A model generated the notes under the pieces. The model was not told where the DNA came from, did not search any database, and saw only the letters and a program-made list of their open reading frames with translations. Shown here piece by piece: positions 60,206 through 64,000 of a stretch of DNA of 64,000 nt (the first letter of the stretch is position 1; each line of letters opens with the position of its first letter). Made by a program: the position numbers and the translations under genes. The DNA lies in NCBI GenBank assembly GCA_965249555.1, contig OZ252243.1:1984001-2048000 (forward strand), written 5' to 3'. The stretch is from Nitrosopumilus sp. (lineage in GTDB: Archaea; Thermoproteota; Nitrososphaeria; Nitrososphaerales; Nitrosopumilaceae).

Positions 60206-60254
60206 CGTACTGTAATGTGCCGTACTTGATTTTACCGTACTTACCAACAGTACT
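60206..60254. repeat. CGTACT direct repeats at 15-bp period
   Basis: CGTACT at 60206, 60221 and 60236; AGTACT at 60249. Confidence 0.65.
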
Positions 60255-60255
60255 A

Positions 60256-60660
60256 TCATTCCTCAATATTAGGCACGTTATGCAATGGTATTTCTTTGAT
60301 TATTGTATCTGTAATAATGTTGACTTCTTGTTCTAGATCAATCTTAGCATGGAATAATTCATCTAATGATTTTCGCCTTTGCTTCCAATTTTTATTATGA
60401 GAGTTTATTTCTGATTTTAACAAATTATCTAATTTTGAATAACAGTTAGATATTGTACTAAGTTTTAATGCAAATTGATGACCTGTGATAAATTCGTATA
60501 ATTCAGCTTCTTTAGTATCTCTGCTTTGTTCTGAAGTTGTTTTAGTATGAATTTCGATTAGATTCCTTCGTACAAGTTTTACTATCTCAATTACTATTTG
60601 TGGATGAATTAACATAATTCCATCACTCATGCCAAAAATGGTATATATCAAGCACTTAGA
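60256..60660 (-). pseudogene. 3' fragment of a DUF2130-like protein truncated at the IS end
   Basis: ELYEFITGHQF...E...KNWKQR pattern; the ORF start lies within the IS left end. Confidence 0.55.
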
Positions 60661-61795
60661 TGAGACATGGGCATAATCCATTCTAATTTTTAACCGATTT
60701 CTCAAATTATTCAAATAGAAAAAGCAAAGGATCTCATCATGTTTTGTTCATTGGAATGATTACAAAACAAATAAAAATCCCTAGCAAGATTCTATGTGAG
60801 TCATTTCTTATTAGTATTTTGTATCTGGTTGGAACACTATATCTGTATGAGAATGCAGTGAGACGGGGACGGCCATATGTCTATTCAACTGTTCTGATGG
60901 TTCAGTTATTCATCGTAAAGTCATGGATGAGAATTCCAAGTAACAACACACTGCATTATTTTCTCTCAATCAAATGTACCAATGACAAATTACTCAAGGT
61001 TTGCAGATTAAATCCCTGACAGAAGGACAATTGACAGAAGATTTCAATGCTTGCCAATCAATGAAATTATTAGCACTGTAGGAGGTTTGTTTGTCTCAGA
61101 AGGATTGCTGAATAGTGAATCAGTTGATAGTTCAATGCTAAAAGCTTCAGGTCCAGTATGGCACAAATCAGACATCAAAAAGAATCACCTACCAATTGCA
61201 GGAATTGACACAAATGCCAAGTGGGGATTCTCCAAATCAAAGGGTTGGGTGTATGGATACAAACTACACATGAGGTATAGTACGGGAAGACTAGTTGTTC
61301 CATTATCTGCCATGTGTAACTACTGCAAATGTCCATGATAGCAAGCCATATGAGAAATTGATTGGGTCACTTTCTGGATTGATGAATAGTATATGGTGTG
61401 ATCCGGCATATGATGATTCCAAACCATACTAGTCAGCTAAGAATAATGCCATGAGACTGATCTGTCCAGTCAAAAAATACTATTCTACGCCCACCAGACA
61501 GAATAAAGTTGACAGAGTTTTACAATTCAGCAGTTGGTCGGAAATTATATTCTCAGAGAAAAATATCAATTGAACCACTCTTTGAAATAATCAAGGATAC
61601 GTTTAACATTAGAACAGTTCCGGTGAAAGGATTTGAGAATATATAATCATTCGTGCTGATTTGCGTGCTGGTGTATCAGTTGGCAGTGTATTATAATTGT
61701 GTAATTGGAAGTGGGAATCCAAGGATTGTGAAAAGAATGCTTTGTTGTTAGAGAAAAGTCTTGGTTTTTTTGTAAATCATTATGCCCAAGTCTCA
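60661..61795 (+). mobile_element. Full-length IS4/IS5-like element with pseudogenised DDE transposase
   Basis: 17-bp TIRs TGAGACATGGGCATAAT / ATTATGCCCAAGTCTCA (16/17); RGRPYVYS, PDRRTIDRRF, VDSS, WVYGYKLH, DPAYDD, SIEPLF spread over several frames. Confidence 0.9.
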
Positions 61796-61865
61796 GTTAA
61801 TTATAACATTCTGTCTTTTGTAATCAATCTTATGTAACTTGATTCATAATTATTATGCATAAATC

Positions 61866-62219
61866 ATGAAGATTAGCCAGATATTAATGGAGACAACCAC
61901 TCCACAAATAACTAGACATTTAATTAAATTTAGAGATGACACACATGAAGTAATTGGAAAGTCTGCTCTTGGTGTATTAGCTTGTGAGAGTGATGATCCC
62001 TCTGTTTATTTGAGTATAGAAAGATTGTTTGTAAGTCATTCTCAAATATTGGCATCACATGGAATTAAAGACGAAAAAGTATATCCATATCTTACTGGAA
62101 ATGATTTTTCTTGGGATTATAATTCAGAGTTATTCCTCATTTTAAAAAGACTCAATGACTCATATAATTCCACATTCAAGGAAATCGGAGAATTTTTAGA
62201 TGTTACATTTGATTTATGA
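61866..62219 (+). CDS. Hypothetical protein
   Basis: 117-aa ORF. Confidence 0.65.
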   Translation: MKISQILMETTTPQITRHLIKFRDDTHEVIGKSALGVLACESDDPSVYLSIERLFVSHSQILASHGIKDEKVYPYLTGNDFSWDYNSELFLILKRLNDSYNSTFKEIGEFLDVTFDL

Positions 62220-62243
62220 AAACAAGCCTGTAGGTTGTGAGGT

Positions 62244-62432
62244 TTGAACTTCAACTGTGCCTTTCCATCTTGTAATTACAAACGTAATGACATTGAAGAA
62301 GAAGAATTCCTAACACATTTGAAAGAAGATCATCATAATGAGATGCTAGAGATGTCAAAACAAGAAAATATACCTATTAAAATGGCAGAGATGATAACAG
62401 TATCAAACTCAAAGGTGTTCATCAATTCTTAG
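62244..62432 (+). CDS. Small C2H2-like zinc-binding protein
   Basis: CAFPSC...FLTHLKEDH. Confidence 0.7.
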   Translation: MNFNCAFPSCNYKRNDIEEEEFLTHLKEDHHNEMLEMSKQENIPIKMAEMITVSNSKVFINS

Positions 62433-62448
62433 AGTTAGTTGGTTTGAA

Positions 62449-62586
62449 ATGACAAAGAAAAAAGCAAAGAGAAAATCAGGGAGATTACAAAAAGGAGAGA
62501 AGTCAGGTAGGGCAAAACAACGAGTTGAGAAATACAAGCGAAAACAACAATTAAAGAAAAAGAGAAAGAAACCTAAAAAGTATTAG
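62449..62586 (+). CDS. 45-aa highly basic microprotein (not in ORF track)
   Basis: MTKKKAKRKSGRLQKGEKSGRAKQRVEKYKRKQQLKKKRKKPKKY*. Confidence 0.6.
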   Translation: MTKKKAKRKSGRLQKGEKSGRAKQRVEKYKRKQQLKKKRKKPKKY

Positions 62587-62677
62587 AAAAGTGCATTATT
62601 TAGTCGTAAAAAATACTCAATGTTATTTTTTTATTTATCAATTATTATTTATTTATTAGAAAAACAATATACAATTT

Positions 62678-63064
62678 GTGAATCAGTATACTGTAATTGT
62701 TGCTGCAGGAATTGGTGCAATTGTATTGGTGGTGGTAGTTTTTGGTGCAGACATTGTAAAATTATCCGTTCCTACCCAAGAATATAGTATCTTTGTCGAC
62801 CCAATTTTGGATAAACAAAGTCTGTTTGTAATGGGGAGAGTAACAATCCAAAATACTGGCTCTCAATCATTGACAAATATTCATGTGAATTTTGGAGCCG
62901 GAGATACTCTAGATCTTAAAACTCTCAAAGCAGGACAAAAAATCATACTTTCTCCACCACCTGATAATCCCATGAAATTTGTTATGATTAGTGCTGATAA
63001 TGACATCTTTGTGAATAAAGCATATCGTGAGATGCCAAAGATGGTAGGTATGATGGGTTCATGA
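62678..63064 (+). CDS. Membrane-anchored Ig-like hypothetical protein
   Basis: N-terminal TM, VTIQNTGSQSLTNI motif. Confidence 0.7.
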   Translation: MNQYTVIVAAGIGAIVLVVVVFGADIVKLSVPTQEYSIFVDPILDKQSLFVMGRVTIQNTGSQSLTNIHVNFGAGDTLDLKTLKAGQKIILSPPPDNPMKFVMISADNDIFVNKAYREMPKMVGMMGS

Positions 63065-63109
63065 CCTTTTCACTATCAGTTAAATCCCATCACAATCAAG
63101 TGTGATTGC

Positions 63110-63934
63110 TTGAAGTTTCTGACAAGTGGTAAAGTAAAGGACATTTACGACGTTGATGATAATACTATTCTCTTCAAGTTCTCAGACAGAGTTTCTGCAT
63201 ATGATGTGAAATTCAAGCAAGGTATTCCACGAAAGGGAGAGGTTTTGTGTAAATTTGCAGAATTTTGGTTCAATGAGTTATCTGTATCAAATCATTTTGT
63301 TCGACGTGAATCTGATACTGAGATTGTTGTAAAAAAGATGCAGATGCTTCCCATAGAGTGTGTTGTTAGAGGCTATTTTTATGGAAGTTTGGTAAGTAGA
63401 TGGAAGGATGGCAAAGTCACCATACCTGAAGGAACTGACACTACATTGGCTGCCAAACTTCTTGAACCGATATTTGATCCTACTACTAAATCTGAACATG
63501 ATATTCCAATTGATAAAGCAAAAGCATTAGAGATGAATCTAGTTACTGACGAACAATATATTTGGCTAGAAAAAACTTCAATAGAAATTTACAAAAAGAT
63601 GGCAGAGATTGCAGATGGTGTTGGTTTTATCTTGGCTGATTTGAAATTAGAATTTGGAATTTTGAATGGGCAAATTATTTTGGGTGATTCAATTGGTCCT
63701 GACGAGTATCGCTTATGGCCAAAAGAATCCTTTGAGGTAGGAAAAATCCAAGACGCATATGACAAACAACTTTTGCGTGACTGGTTAACTGCTAATGGAT
63801 ATCAAAAACAATTTGATGATGCACGCAATGCAGGAAAAGAACCTGTTGCCCCCAAAATCCCACAAGAAATAATTACAAAAATGACTGAGCGTTATGTTAT
63901 TGCATATGAAAAACTTTCAGGAAAATCTTTGTAA
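63110..63934 (+). CDS. purC: SAICAR synthase
   Basis: SGKVKDIY, SDRVSAYD, ECVVRGY, DLKLEFG, DKQLLRDWL. Confidence 0.96.
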   Translation: MKFLTSGKVKDIYDVDDNTILFKFSDRVSAYDVKFKQGIPRKGEVLCKFAEFWFNELSVSNHFVRRESDTEIVVKKMQMLPIECVVRGYFYGSLVSRWKDGKVTIPEGTDTTLAAKLLEPIFDPTTKSEHDIPIDKAKALEMNLVTDEQYIWLEKTSIEIYKKMAEIADGVGFILADLKLEFGILNGQIILGDSIGPDEYRLWPKESFEVGKIQDAYDKQLLRDWLTANGYQKQFDDARNAGKEPVAPKIPQEIITKMTERYVIAYEKLSGKSL

Positions 63935-64000
63935 TTATAACTATGAATCTAATGTTGACTAGAAGCTAACATTCAACTCGAATTTTATTTTTGAATAACT

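Noticed and set aside
1-64000. CRISPR array, rRNA genes, or provirus structural genes
   Set aside because: No regularly spaced repeat-spacer pattern, no long GC-rich RNA gene, and no recognisable capsid, terminase or integrase ORF seen

Overview
AT-rich archaeal chromosome segment, most consistent with an ammonia-oxidising Nitrosopumilaceae (Nitrososphaerota/Thaumarchaeota) genome. Supporting signs are aRF1, purP, aspS-gatCAB, TATA boxes about 25 nt before start codons, and the thaumarchaeal WIKxNAGWW surface domain. The core holds ilvD, ilvA, purP, purFLQS, purKE, purC, cbtBA, phnDCE, tatCA, ubiX, pduO, a thiolase/DUF35/LLM cluster, a class III nucleotide cyclase and tRNA-Phe(GAA). Five decaying accessory patches interrupt it (about 3.6-8.4, 28.9-30.3, 33.8-34.6, 42.0-45.6 and 58.5-61.8 kb). 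They carry IS66-, IS4/5-, IS6- and IS427-like remnants, truncated secreted trypsin-like proteases, an FN3 surface protein and a GNAT toxin-antitoxin pair; this pattern is suggestive, by inference only, of a host-associated lineage. The most notable signals are: (1) an attenuator-like leader peptide with competing hairpins upstream of ilvD; (2) a 0.88-kb tandem duplication inside the FN3 gene whose 10 substitutions are all non-synonymous; (3) an unannotated box C/D sRNA; (4) a GNAT toxin with a 47-aa antitoxin lacking a DNA-binding domain, plus 15-bp-phased repeats upstream; (5) a recurring TCCCTATAACTT-like motif at island junctions; and (6) many micro-ORFs missed by the ORF track. All analysis was by eye; no database searches were run.
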